DNA of 64,000 nt from Okamejei kenojei (lineage: Eukaryota): positions 15,190,001 to 15,254,000 of the forward strand of contig CM069160.1 in NCBI GenBank assembly GCA_035221665.1. The letters are read 5' to 3'. Shown here piece after piece: positions 1-12,163 of the stretch; the first letter of the stretch is position 1; every line of letters begins with the position of its first letter. Below the pieces are notes generated by a model, which saw only the letters and a list, made by a program, of their open reading frames with translations, was not told the DNA's origin and did no database searches. A program made the position numbers and the translations under genes.

Positions 1-2
1 AC

Positions 3-131
3 ACGGACACCAAGTCCCATCTCCACACCTTCACTGGGAATAAATTCACCGAGAAACTTTATCCTTTGTTCGGGCCTTGGGATGAAAACCACTGGCTGAG
101 AATCTGCTCCGATTCCGCTCCGGGTGTGTAA
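3..131 (+). CDS. 3' end of last exon of a TRIM-type B30.2/PRY-SPRY gene (A33/TRIM39-like), partial
   Basis: Frame 3 reads TDTKSHLHTFTGNKFTEKLYPLFGPWDENHWLRICSDSAPGV*, matching the SPRY C-terminal HLHTF...F.EKLYP.F pattern; TAA at 129-131. Confidence 0.85.
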   Translation, partial: TDTKSHLHTFTGNKFTEKLYPLFGPWDENHWLRICSDSAPGV

Positions 132-269
132 AAGGGTCGGGTCCCGGGACCGGCGTCAGGAGTGGGGCTCAGGGGCTGTGTGGCAGAAACCCGGTGGACA
201 ACAAGTCGGCGCTGTTCGGCTCCCATTTGATCCCTAAATTCCGCGTCGTCAAACCCCAGTAAGCGCGGA

Positions 270-312
270 AATAAAACCAGGGGGAATGTAAATGTGGGAA
301 GATTGAAATAAA
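270..312 (+). terminator. Candidate polyadenylation signals of the TRIM gene
   Basis: AATAAA at 270-275 and 307-312, 140-180 nt after the stop. Confidence 0.5.
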
Positions 313-559
313 CAGTAACTGAAATCAGAGCTGTCTGTCGATCCGTTCATTTAATGTGTTATCCGCGTCCGGCAACGGAACAGAAATTACTTTTGTGAAA
401 ATATAACGATTGAAACAATATCCCTTCCCGCGGGTTCAGCAGCAGCCGCGGGCAGCGGGTCCTGAGCTCCGGACTCTCCCAGGTCCTAATGTCCGCCGAC
501 GTTTTGTTTGTTGGGCCCTAATGTCTGCCAAATCTTGTTCCTTCCCAAGCAAACCACCT

Positions 560-1103
560 CCTCCTCTGGTACTTTGCCTTGCAACTGCAGGAAATGCTAC
601 ATTTGTCACTTTACCTCCCCCCTCGACTCCATCCAAGGACCCATGCAGTCTTTCCAGGTGAGGCAGAGGTTCACCTGCACCTCCTCTAACCTCAACTATT
701 GCATCCGCTGTTGCAGATGTCAACTGCTCGACATCGGTGAGACCAAGCGTAGGCTTAGCGATCGCTTCGCCCAACACCTCCGGTCAGTTCGCAATAACCA
801 ACCTGATCTCCCGGTGTCCCAGCACTTCAACTCCCCCTCCCATTCCAAATCCGACCTTATGTATGGAGGTATCCTGGAGAAGGTATGAACATTGCCTTCT
901 CCAATATCAGGTAGTCCATTCTTTCTTCCTCCTTCCCCTCCCCTTCCCAGCTCTTCCACAGGCTACTGTCTCCGCTTCTTCCTTTCTCTTTCCTGCCCAC
1001 ACACATAAGTCTGAAGAAGAGACTCGACCCAAAAAGTCACCTATATCTTCTCTCCATAGATGCAGCTTCATCCGCTGAGTTTCTCCAGCATTTTTGTCTA
1101 CCT
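560..1103 (+). mobile_element. Penelope-like element 3' fragment (GIY-YIG endonuclease remnant plus tail)
   Basis: ORF 508-888: PCNCRKCYIC...FTCTSSNLNYCIRC..CQLL(D)IGETKRRLSDRFAQHLRSV..HFN; degenerate CTGAAGA..GACCC motif near 1010. Confidence 0.85.
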
Positions 1104-1306
1104 GAGTTAAAATGTGTTTGCAACATTTGCTCTCATCATAACAGATTTGTTTTCTTCCGAACGGATCTTTGGAAGAATGGGTTCAAACTCGAGGAGGGAG
1201 GAAATTGGTGTAAACTTTGCTTTGACAGCCAATGAGTGGGTGCTTCGAGCTGCCCACGACATTAACATAGTTTGATGATTTAAAGGGCTATTGTAATACA
1301 ACAGTC

Positions 1307-1595
1307 GGTGCAAGGTGGAGCAGCGGTAGAGTTGCTGCCTCACAGCGCCAGAGACCCGGGTTCGATCCCGACTACAGGTGCTATCTGTACGGAGTTTGTA
1401 CGTTCTCCCCGTGACCTGCGTGGTTTTTCTCCGAGATCTTTGGTTTTCCTCCCACTCGCCAAAGACGTACAGGTTTGTAGGTCAATTGCCCCTGGTGTGA
1501 ATGTAAATTGTCCCCAGTGTGTGTAGGATAATGCTAATGTGCGGGAATCGCTGGTCGGCGCGGGCTCGGTGGGCCGAAGGCCTCTCTAAACTGGT
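1307..1595 (+). mobile_element. tRNA-derived V-SINE (HE1-like)
   Basis: A/B-box head (GGTGGAGCAGCGGTAG...GGTTCGATCCC), V-domain GGAGTTTGTACGTTCTCCCCGTGACC, tail GGGCCGAAGGCC..TAAACT. Confidence 0.8.
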
Positions 1596-1699
1596 TTCTC
1601 CAAACCAAATATTAGATTCAAGAGTGATTTATTGCCATATGTCCTGAAATAGTCTGGAGTGTATTTGAAGGTTGGAGAGTTTACTAGCCTGATGGATGT

Positions 1700-3460
1700 A
1701 TGGCCGATGCAGTTTTCAGGCTCCTGTACTTCTTCCCGATGGTAGCAGCGAGATGAGAGCGTGGCCAGGGTGGTGTGGGTCTCTGATGATGCCGGCTGCC
1801 TTTTTGTGACAGCGCCTCCTGTAGATCCCTCAGATTCCTATTCAATCTTTTCCCCTTCACCTTGAACTTATGTCCTCTGGTCCTTGATTCCCCTACTCTG
1901 GGCATGAGACTCTATGCATCTACCCGATCTGTTCCTCTCATGATTTTATACACTTCTATAAGATCAATCCACCTCTAGAAGATCAGATGTGCACACAGAT
2001 TTTTCCTGGGGAGGGAAAGAGAAACAGAGGGAGGGGAGGGGTGGGGAGATGTCTGGAAATTTGAGTGCACACATTTCTGTCTTCATCCCCAGTCACCCTG
2101 CTACTTTTCCCTCTTCCACACGCTCAGCTCCCATCTCCAAGACCCCATTTCACTGTTATCCACCCTGAGCCCCTGTTTTCAGTACCCATTCCTGCTTTCT
2201 CCCCAAATCCCTTGATTCCTTTAGTCCCAGGAGCTCTATCTAACTCTTTCTTGAATACATCCAGTGAATCAGCCTCCACTGCCTTCCGTGTCAGATAATT
2301 CCACAAATTTACAACTCTCTGGGTGAAAAAGGTTTTCCTCACCTCAGTCCTAAATGGCCTATCCCTTATTCTTAAACTATGCGACCCCTGTTTCTGGACT
2401 CCCCCAACACGGGGAACATGTTTCCTGCATCTAGCCTTCCCAATCCCTTGAAAACTTATGTATGTTACGGAGAAAATGGGGCAACTCACCAGCGTCAGGG
2501 CAGAGTTAACTCTCTCCAACACAATTGTCAACTAAACAATCCAACCTTCTGAAGAAAAGGTCTCGACCCGAAACATAGAAAATTGGTGCAGGAGTAGGCC
2601 ATTCGAGCCTGCACTGCCATTCAATATGATCATGGCTGATCATCCAACTCAGTATCCTGTACCTGCCTTCTCTCCATACCCCCTGATCCATTTAGCCACA
2701 AGGGCCACATCTAACTTAAATATAGCCAATGAACTGGCCTCAACTACCTTCTGTGGGAGAGAATTCCAGAGACTCACCACTCTCTGTGTCAAAAATGTTT
2801 TCCTCATCTCGGTCCAAAAGGAATTCCCCCTTATCCTTAGACTGTGACCCCTTGTTCTGGACCTCCCCAACATCGGGAACAGTCTTCCTGCATATAGCGC
2901 CCGCCTCTTCCCCTTGCCTATCCATCCCCACCTCCCACATTTTCCTTTTATCCCCCTTCCCCCCCCCCCCCCCCCTACGAGCCAGCACCGCCATTCAACA
3001 TCGTCACTGCTGGTAATCCTATATCAGAGTGAAAAGGATTTTCCTCATCACAGTCCTAAATGGCCCACCTCATATTCTTAAACTGTGACTCCCTGGATCT
3101 GGACTCTCCCCACCCCCCCCCCCCCCCCCCAACATTGGGAACACTTTTCCTGCATCTAACCTTTTTCACACTGAGAGTTGTGAGTCTGTGGAAGTTGTGA
3201 GGCGGTGGAGGCCGGTTCTCTGGATCCTTTCAAGAGAGAGCTAGATAGGGCTCTTAAAGATAGCGGAGTCGGGGGTATGGGGTGAAGACAGGAACGGGGT
3301 ACTGATTGGGGAAGATCAGCCATGATCACATTGAATGGCGGTGCTGGCTCGAAGGGTCGAATGGCCTACTCCTGCATCTATTGTCTATAGCCTGTTTTAC
3401 ACGTTTCTATAAGATGCCCTTTCATCCTTCTAAATTCCAGTGAATACAAGCCCAGTCGAT
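1700..3460 (-). mobile_element. Cluster of short CR1 3'-end fragments (mostly minus; one plus near 3160-3390) and a Rex1 3' fragment (about 1700-1825)
   Basis: Repeated SRTRGHSLRI / FFTQRVVNLWNSLP CR1 ORF2 C-terminal peptides in ORFs 1684-1905, 2124-2531 and 2649-2873. Confidence 0.8.
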
Positions 3461-5720
3461 CCATTAGAAGAGAATGCTTTACTGCCATTGCATGTGTCAC
3501 ATGCAACGTGATTACTGAGTCTCTCCATTGAAAAGAGCTTCAAACATTCACATACTCAAACTTTTTACACTCCCTCCCTCCCCAAACCCACCCATGGATT
3601 CACATTTACATAAATTAACACTATCTCCCACCCACCCCCTCCTTCCCCATAACCCACTCTCGAGACAGAGTTCAGTTCCAAGATTGCCGATGGGTAAAAG
3701 CTGTTCTTGAGTCTGGCAGTGCGTGACTTTAACGACCTGCACCTTTTCCCTGAGGGCAGCAGTGTGAAAAGGTGGTGACAAGGGTGTGTAATGTCTTTCA
3801 CGATATTACAGGTCCTGTTGCGGCATCTAGAGTGGTAAATGTCCTCCAGAGGGGGCAGGGGGAGTCCAATGATAACCTGGGCAGTTTTTATCACCCTCTG
3901 GAGAGCTGCTCTGTCAGCTGCTGAACAGTTCCCAAACCAGGCAGTTATGCAGTAAGTCAGTATGCTTTCTACCGAACAGCGGTAGAAAGACTCCAGCAGT
4001 TTAGCAGACAGATGGGCCCTCCTCAGTGTTCTGAGGAAGTAAAGTCTCTGTTGCACCTTTTTTACAACTACAGCAGAGTTCACAGACCATTTAAGATCCT
4101 CAGTGATTTTGATCCCCAGAAATTTAAAACTAGGCACCCTCTCCACCTCCTCGCCCCCTATCTCCAGTGGCCTGAGCTCCGCTCTATTTCGCCTGAAATC
4201 AGTGATGATCTCCTTTGTCTTTTTAGTGTTCAGAGAGAGATTGTTGTGAGCACACCACTCAGAAAGTCTGTGCACCTCCTCTCTATAGGCGACCTCGTTC
4301 CCATTTGAGATGAGCCCCACCACAGTTGTATCGTCCTCAAATTTTATGATCCTATTTGCAGGGTGATGGGGCAAGCAGTCATGTGTGTATAGGGCATAGA
4401 GGAGCGGACTGAGCACACAGCCCTGCGGTGCTCCTGTGCTGAGGGTCAGGGATGTCGAAGTGTAGGGTCCAAGTCTCACCGTCTGTGGGCGTTCACTGAG
4501 AAAGTACAATATCCACCGACACAGTTGACTGCTGAGGCCAAGGTCTGGCATTTTTGTAATCAGCTTTCTGGGTATGATTGTATTAAAAGCTGAGCTATAA
4601 TCAACAAAAAGCATCCTGCATATGACCCCTTCTCCTCTTGGTGTTGTAGTGCAGCATGGAGGACAGTGTTTATGGCATCCTGTGTAGATCTATTAGCCCT
4701 ATATGCATACTGGTGTGGGTCGAGTGAGGGGGGGAGAGATAATTTAAGGTGACCTAGGACCAGCCTTTCAAAGCACTTGGAGACTACAGATGTAAGACAA
4801 CGGGCCTGTAGTCATTGAGGGAGTTGATGTTTGTCTGCTTGGGCACCGGGATGATAGTGGTGGTTTTCAGGCATGTTGGCACGGAGGAGTGTGCTAGGGA
4901 AAGGTTAAAATGTCTGTGAATACCCCAGCGAGCTGGTGAGCACAGTCCCGGAGCACCCTGCCTGGGATCTCATCCGGGCCAGCAGCCTTACTAGCATTAA
5001 CAGTTCTCAGGGCCCGCTTTTACCTCCTCTAACTGGAGGGTAAGTGGCTGGTCAGCAGGGTCCAGTTGGAGAGAGGTTCTTTCATTCGGACCTCTCTCGA
5101 AACGGGCAAAAAAGTGGTTGAGCTCCTCTGCCAGCGATGTATTTGCAGCGGTTGGTGGGTCCCTGCTGCCCCTGAGGTTTGTTAGGTGATGTATTCCCTC
5201 CCACATGCGTGCTGTATCCCTGGAGTTGAAATGGTCCTCGATCTTCTCCTTGTAGGACATTTTAGCTGATTTAATGCCCCGCTTAAGATTGTGTGTGGCA
5301 GCGTTGTACAATTCTTTGTTGCCAGATTTGTGGGCCAAGTCCCGCTCCTTCAGAAGACGCTGGACCTCCGTAGTCATCCATGGTTTCCTGCTCGGAAAGA
5401 CACGGATGCACTTGTTGATGGTGACACATTCCACACAACATCTGATGTAGAAGAGTACTGCTGCTGCGTACTCTTCTAGGTCCTGGTTATAAAATAGACT
5501 CCAGTCTGTGCTCTGAAAGCAGTCCTGCAGTTGTAAGGTTGCATCCTCTGACCAAGCTTTAATGATCCTGGTAGTGGGGTTCTGCTTTCAACTGATGGGG
5601 ATTTAGGCTGGGATTAACAACAATGACTGGTGGTCTGACTGTCCAGGGGGGAGGGGGAGGGGTAAGGCTCTGTAACCTTTAGGAATGTTAGAATAAACAC
5701 AGTCTAGTGTGTTTTCCCCT
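3440..5720 (-). mobile_element. Rex1/Babar-clade LINE, degenerate RT and end of APE
   Basis: ORF 3565-4614 [36 protein letters not shown] (F-A-DD box altered); ORF 4997-5434 KPWMT; RGENTLDCVYSN near 5700. Confidence 0.9.
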
Positions 5721-6161
5721 CAAGGTGGACCCCCACGTACAGCGGCCCGCACTCTGCAACTCACCCGGTCACACACCATTCCACTCCTTGTTCCTGCGAG
5801 AGAGAGAGACCCCACAATGTTAGCCGAGAGAGACGGGGGTGCGGGGAGAGGGAGACAGGGAGGGAGAGGAGGGGGGAAGGAGGAAGAGGGGAGGGGGAGA
5901 GGGGAGGTGGAGAGGGGAGGGGGGGGCGTCGGGAGGAAGACAGGGGGTGTAGGAAGAGGGGGGGGCAGGTGGGGAAAAGGGGGAGAGGGCGGAGGGATGG
6001 GTTAAAGAGGGGGGGGGGGAGAGTGAGGGAGAGTTGTGAAGGTGAGGAGGACACTCATGGCACGGTTTATGTGGAGATTCGATGCCCGGATTCCCAGCAA
6101 CTCAACAACGAGAAGGATCACAGCGAGAAGGATCACGGAGAGAACGATCGCTCAACAACTC

Positions 6162-6815
6162 CTGTCCCAGGTGTGGGAGGGGGAGGGCTTTGTATGCTTC
6201 ATTAATATTGGTGTATACTAGGTCCAGAGTCTTGTTTCCTCTGGTTGGGCAGGAGACATGTTGGTGGAATCTGGGGAGTACAGTTTTAAGGTTGGAGTGG
6301 ATAAAATCACCCGCAACAATAAAAGCCCCCTCTGGGTGTGCAGTTAGTTGTTTGCTTATAGCAGCTTGCAGCTCTTCCATTGCTAGCCTGGCATTTGCGT
6401 CTGGGGGTACATAGACTGCAGTGATAACAATCGATGTAAATTCCCTGGGCAGATAGAAGGGCCTGCACTTTATCATCAGGTATTCCAGGTCAGCAGAGTA
6501 GTAGCTACTAATCCTGACAGCATCTGTACACCATGAGATGTTCACATAAATGCACAGTCCGCCGCCCTTGGTCTTACCGGAGTCCTCTGCTGTTCTATCA
6601 GCCCTGAAGACAGTGCGCCCCTCCAGCTCGATGGCGTTGTCCGGGATGTTGTCGGTGAGCCATGTTTCGGTGAAGACCATGGCGTTGCAGTCGGCGATCC
6701 GGTTATGTGTGGTGATCCGCAGCCGCAGTTCATCGATTTTACTCACCAGGGACCGGACATTTGCGAGGAAAATGCTGGGCAGAGCTGGCTGGTGCGGGTT
6801 TGATTCAGCCTAGCA
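6162..6815 (-). mobile_element. Second Rex1-type LINE fragment (APE endonuclease only)
   Basis: ORF 6102-6746 FTETWL..GGGLCIYVN..YVPP..AGDF..TRGNKTLDLVYTN. Confidence 0.85.
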
Positions 6816-6829
6816 GTTGCCCGGTCAAT

Positions 6830-7105
6830 CACCCTCCCCCCCCCCTCACCCCTCAACCACCCCTCCACGCCCTCAACCCCCCCCCCCAACCCCCTCCCCC
6901 TCAACCACCCCTCCCCCCCCGCCCACCCCCCCCCTCAACCACCCTTCCCCCTCAACCTCCCCTCCCCCCTCAACACCCCTCCCCCTCAACCACCCCCCCC
7001 CTCAACCCCCCCTCCCCCTCAACCCTCCCTCCCCCCTCAAACCACCCTCACCCCCTCCACCCTCAAACACCCCTCCACCCTCAAACACTCCCTCCCCCTC
7101 AACCA
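6830..7105. repeat. C-rich minisatellite (CCCCCTCAACCA-like units)
   Basis: Visible degenerate tandem repeat. Confidence 0.8.
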
Positions 7106-7668
7106 CTAAAATGTTATAAAGGAGCATGCAAAAAATATAATTCTTGATTTTGATTCCATAACATAAAATGATATAATAACATGACATAAACTTCACAAGA
7201 GAGACAGTCCTTCAAAATGGCGCCTGAAATCCACCCCCCGCGCGTGCGCGTTCCCAGCGGCCGCCCGTTACTCCCGCTGTCTGTCTCCGTCTCCCTCCTC
7301 CTGTGCCCCCCCCTCTGTCTGTCTGTCTCTCTGTCTCCGTCTCCCTCGTCCTGTGCCCGCTCCCCCCCCTCTGTCTGTCTGTCTCCGTCTCCCTCAGAGA
7401 CTGACTTGGCAGCCGTTCCCCCCGCTAAACTTCCCTTCGGTGAACGCGAGTCCGAACCCAGAACATTCCGGCCCTGACCCCCCCCCCCTTCTCCTCTTTC
7501 TCCCCCCTTTCCTCTAACCGCTCATCGCCGCTGATCATCGCTCCCGCCGCTGTCTCACCGCCTCTGACGTTGACACCGCGCGCTCGCTCGCGCTCTCTCC
7601 ACCCGAGATCCGACCAACTGTCGACGCTCGCGCTTGTTCCCGCCCGATCCGCGGCCCCTGAGCCGTTG

Positions 7669-7933
7669 GCCAGTAGTTAAGATGGCCGCTATTGCATCAA
7701 TCGCATTGACTTCAATGGGGGACTGCCAGTAGTTATGCATTGCCTGCCAGTAGTTAAGATGGCCGCCTGTGGCATCAATCGCATTGACTTCAATGGGGGA
7801 CTGCCAGTAGTTAAGATGGCCGCCTATGGCATCAATCGCATTGACTTCAATGGGGACTGCCAGTAGTTAAGATGGCCGCCTACTGCATCAATCGCATTGA
7901 CTTTAACGGGGGACTGCCAGTAGTTAAGATGGC
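7669..7933. repeat. Tandem array of about 57-bp units (4 full plus partials)
   Basis: Unit GCCAGTAGTTAAGATGGCCGCCTATGGCATCAATCGCATTGACTTCAATGGGGGACT. Confidence 0.9.
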
Positions 7934-8357
7934 ACCCGAGATCCGACCAACTGTCGACGCTCGCGCTCCCTCAGCCGTCGCCGCCCGTTATTTCCCGCCC
8001 GCCGGTCGCGTTGCCCGCTGGGAAGAAGCCGTTTGGTTTCCAGAAGGTTCTTCACCAACGGTCGGTCATTGGGAGTTCGCTTCTCCACAACGACGTTCAC
8101 ATTCCCACGGTGGGGGGGGGGGAAGGAAGGAGGGGGGAAGGGAAGGGAAAGGCCTGTTTGCATACTGTGCCTCTGAACGATGAATGCTAAACCTGAACTT
8201 AAAGTGTGAGAATAATTCAAGTTTAATGTCACAACGGTGTATTCTGTCAAAAGGTGTCGACATCGTGTCCATCCAGAAGCAAGAAGAGAATGCACCCGTG
8301 GGATTGAACAGTGGGAGAGGGACAATTGTTGTGATTTAGTGCATTGTTTAGATGCTG

Positions 8358-9636
8358 CCCTTCCACCCTCACTCCTCCCCCCTCTCTCCTCCCCCCTCTC
8401 TCCTCCCCCTCTACCCTCCCACCTCCATCTCCCTCCTATCCCTCCATTTTCCCCCCTCTATCCCCCCGCCTATCCTTCCCCCTCTATCACCCTCCTTTCT
8501 CCCCCCCCTCTCTCTCCCCCCTCTCTACTCCCAACCTCTCTCCTCCCACCTCCATCTCCCTCCTCTCCCCTCTATCCTCCCCCCTCTATCCTCCCCCTCT
8601 ATCCTCCACCCTCACTCCTCCACCCCTCTCTCCTCCCCCTTACCCTCCCACCTCCATCTCCTCCTCATCCCTCCATTTTCCCCCTCTATCCCCCGTCTAT
8701 CCTCCCCCGCCTATCCTTCCCCCCTCTATCACCCTCCCTTTCTCCTCCCCCCCTTCTCCTCCCCCCTCTCTACTCCCAACCTCTCTCCTCCCACCTCCAT
8801 CTTCTCCCCTATCCTCCCCCTCAATCCTCCCCCTCAATCTCCCCCCTCTATCCTCCCCTCTATCTCCCCCCTCTATCCTCCCCCCTCTATCCTCCCAACT
8901 CTATCCTCCCCCCTCTATCCTCACCCCTCTATCCTCCCCCCCTTTATTCTCCCCCCTCTATCCTCCCCCTTCTCCATCTCTCTTCTCACCCCTCTCCCCA
9001 TCTCCTCCCCCTCTGCTCTCTCCTCCTCCTTCCTCCCTCCCCGTCACTCCACCCCTCCCCCTTCTCGCTCTCCTCCCCTCCCCACCCTGTTCTGCCCTTC
9101 CACCTCTCCCTTACCCCTTCACCGTTCCCTCACCACTCTATCTCCCCATCTCGCCCTTCCCCACTCTCTCCCCCTCTCCATCCCCCCTCCTCCTCCATCC
9201 CCCTCTCTCCCTTTCCCACCTCCCCCTCTCCCATCCCCTCCCCGCTCTCTAACCCATCCCTGTCTCACTCCATCTCCCCCTCCTCTCCGCCCCACTCTCT
9301 CCCTCCTCCCCCCTCCTCGCCTCTCCTCTCTCCTCTGCCCCCCTTCCCTCCCCCTGTTTCTCCCCCTGCTCTCCCCCTCCTCTCCCCCTCTCCACTATCT
9401 CCCCCACCCCCTGTCACTCCCCCTCCTCTCCTCCCGCACTCTATCTGCCCCCCTCCCCCCTCCTCTCTTCTCTCCCCCTCCCTCTTCTCTCCCCCTCCCT
9501 CTCTTCTCTCCCCCCTCTCCTCTCTTCTCTCCCCCCCTCCTCCACTCTTCCTGCCTCTCTCCCTTTCCCCTCCTCTCCCCCTCTCCCCACCCCTTCTCCC
9601 TCTACCCTCCCCTCATCTCTCTCCCCTTCTCCCCCT
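8358..9636. repeat. 1.3-kb polypyrimidine (C/T) low-complexity tract
   Basis: Almost exclusively C and T, with CCCCTCTATCCT units. Confidence 0.95.
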
Positions 9637-9699
9637 GAGTGTGTGGGAGGTGGTTAGTGTACGTGTGAAGTCGCAGCCCCCCCGCCCCCTACAGCCGCA

Positions 9700-10160
9700 A
9701 TTTTGCATTTCTGTTTCAAGCACTGGGCAGGCCAAACAACTCATTGCATTTTCATTTAGGGCTAACAAGTCATTTATTGCAAGTACATTGCAGACTCACA
9801 GTTCAGTTGATTCACAACTTAGATTCACAGTTGTGGCCCTCTCCCTCATGATCTTTCCGAGTGACTGACTCACGTCCAGGCATCCGGGGCTTTATATTCC
9901 TGCCCCCCACCCCCCGGAAAGGGCATTACCTTCAATATGGTGACCGACAGGCGAGAGGACCAATCAGCTGATCTCAAGATTTTTTAAACATTCATAACTT
10001 TTTTATTTTTCATCGATGGGAAAAATCTTTGGGACTGCTGCAGTGGAGGAGAACTGTGAGTAAGATGGCCAGAATTCATAGTGCTATGGGGTAGCGTTTT
10101 TTCTAAAATCAAGTAACAGCGCAGACAGGAAGTGGTCAAGATGAGACTTTGTTATATAGA
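9700..10160 (-). mobile_element. Non-autonomous Helitron-like 5' region
   Basis: Minus strand starts A|TCTATATAACAAAGTCTCATC at 10160 (Helitron 5'-TC after A); 9700-9755 recurs inverted at 45695-45755 next to a hairpin+CTAG end. Confidence 0.5.
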
Positions 10161-10287
10161 TTTCATTGCTGACATTGGTTTTTCTCTGAAACTATCGCTA
10201 CATGTTGAGAAAACTATATTCAGCACTCTCTTCACTCTACCTGCTGTACTGGTGCTTGGCTTGGTCGTATTTATGTATAGTATTATC

Positions 10288-11387
10288 TAGATATGTTACA
10301 AAACTTATCTTCAGCGGCACTGCAGTTCTGTCACTGGCTGTGTGCGCGACTTTGGCGCCTTTGAGGCGGGGGCGGGATTAAAATGCCGTTTTCTCCTGCC
10401 TGTCCAATCAGCCGTGATCACAATGAATGGCAGTGCTGGCTCGAAAGGTCGAATGGCCTCATCCTGCACCTATTTTCTATGTTTCTATATTTTCTCGGGC
10501 TTCTACCTGATGCTGAATAATTGTTCTGACTGCCATTCTCAGAATTTTTTTTTTTAAACCGCGGGACAATTTAATGGCTTGAGCGAAATAAAAAAGCGAC
10601 TTCTAACGCCGACAACGGGACGGATCTCACGTACGGGACAAAACATAAGGTAAGTCATTTATTTCACGTATAAACTTGCTTCTTAGGATTACTTTAATCA
10701 AATTTTAATCTGCGAAAATGTCATTATGTAAATATACGAACCGGCAGTGTTTTTCCTGCCGATATGGGGTTTAAATTCACCGCAAACCACAACATTCCAA
10801 TCGATTACGTTCCACAAAAACCCACTCGCAAGATGATTAAAATGGCCATTAATTTACGGGAATTAAACACTAAATTCCCTCCATTTGGCCTATAAATTCA
10901 TGACAATGAGATTTAAAAATCATGTTATATTGTGAATTCTTGTGTGAATGCTATTTGGACACTTAGGCTTTTAAAAAATGTTAACCCTTTCTTAAGAAAT
11001 GGATAGATGTTTAGATCTAGTAATTGAATTTTGTAATTAACTACTAACTCATTATATGCTTTAGTTTCGGGTCATCCAAGTAAGATTGTTTCATATTTGG
11101 TTCAGAATGCTTCAATCTATAATAACTGAAAATTTCTTTCAGGTCTCTTAATTTTTAAGAAAGTTATGGGCTTTTGACTGTCCTCGATCACAGCTTTTGA
11201 GTTAAGTCAATGGAAAAGCAATAGGGAACAAGATGCTAATTTCAGAGTATGAAAATGGCCATAACTTTTTTAACATTGAAGATATGAAAGTGAATTAGGT
11301 GTCAAATTAAACTTCTTTTTATGCTTTATCTGATGGGATAAATTGCAAACTTGATTTTTTAAATCTCAAAATTTTGTAACATTGCTA
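10288..11387. mobile_element. 1.1-kb non-autonomous DNA transposon (MITE) with TIRs and a 7-bp TSD
   Basis: Ends TAGATATGTTACAAAA / TTTTGTAACATTGCTA; TATTATC at 10281-10287 and 11388-11394; nested CR1 tail at about 10405-10490. Confidence 0.75.
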
Positions 11388-11462
11388 TATTATCAGATTA
11401 GATTGGATAGGATGCAAACAAAATATTTTCACTGTTTCTCAGTACATGTGACAATAATAAGT

Positions 11463-11745
11463 GTCAGCACAATAGTGCAGCAGATAGAACCGCTGCCTCA
11501 CTGCGCCGGAGACTCTGGATCGATTCTAACCACGTGCATGGAGTGTGCACGTTTTTCTTATGACGGCCTGTGTTTCCTTCCACATACCTATGGCATGCTG
11601 GCATAAAAGCCAATTGCCCTCTGTAAATGTGCGTCTAATATGCAGAACGCGAGATAACATAAAACTAGTGTGAGTGGGTGATCGATTGATGATTGCATGG
11701 ACTTGCTGGGCCTGTTTGAATACTGTGCCTCTGAACTCTGAATGC
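11463..11745 (+). mobile_element. Degenerate V-SINE
   Basis: Same head, V-domain and tail layout as 1307-1595. Confidence 0.65.
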
Positions 11746-12163
11746 TAAACCTAATGCTAAAGTGCAAGAATAAGTCGAGTTTAACGTCGCAACGGTGTAT
11801 TTTGTCAAAACGGTTGACATTGTGTCCATCCAGAATCAAGAAGAGAATGCACCCGTGGGATTGAACAGTGGGAGAGGGACAATGGTTGTGAGTTAACGCA
11901 TTGTTTAGATGCCACAGAGAACAAGTTACAGCAACAGCCTGGGGACCATTGTCAGGGTAAGCCGAGGATCGCAGCCAGGTCTCCCTCCGTGCAGTGTGCG
12001 GGGAGATCCGGCACGTGGCCTGACAGCAACCCGCTGATCGGAGCGCTTCATCTCTGTCATGTGGTCTGCCTTTTAGCAGAGTGGGGTGGTGACACTCCAA
12101 GTGGAGCTATCGGTGGAGGAAACAGACAACCCTTGATAATTCCATTATTTTTTTTCATCACAG

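Noticed and set aside
1307-1380. tRNA gene
   Set aside because: tRNA-like head continues into a V-SINE body and tail
7669-7933. CRISPR-like array
   Set aside because: Head-to-tail units without unique spacers, no cas genes, vertebrate context
8237-9868. 543-aa and overlapping Pro/Ser/Leu-rich ORFs
   Set aside because: Stop-free only because the DNA is a C/T tract; open in all three frames, no domain
11834-11887. Additional NLR micro-exon (ccag acceptor, gtgagt donor)
   Set aside because: Would leave only a 21-nt intron before the 11909 candidate; cannot be supported without transcripts
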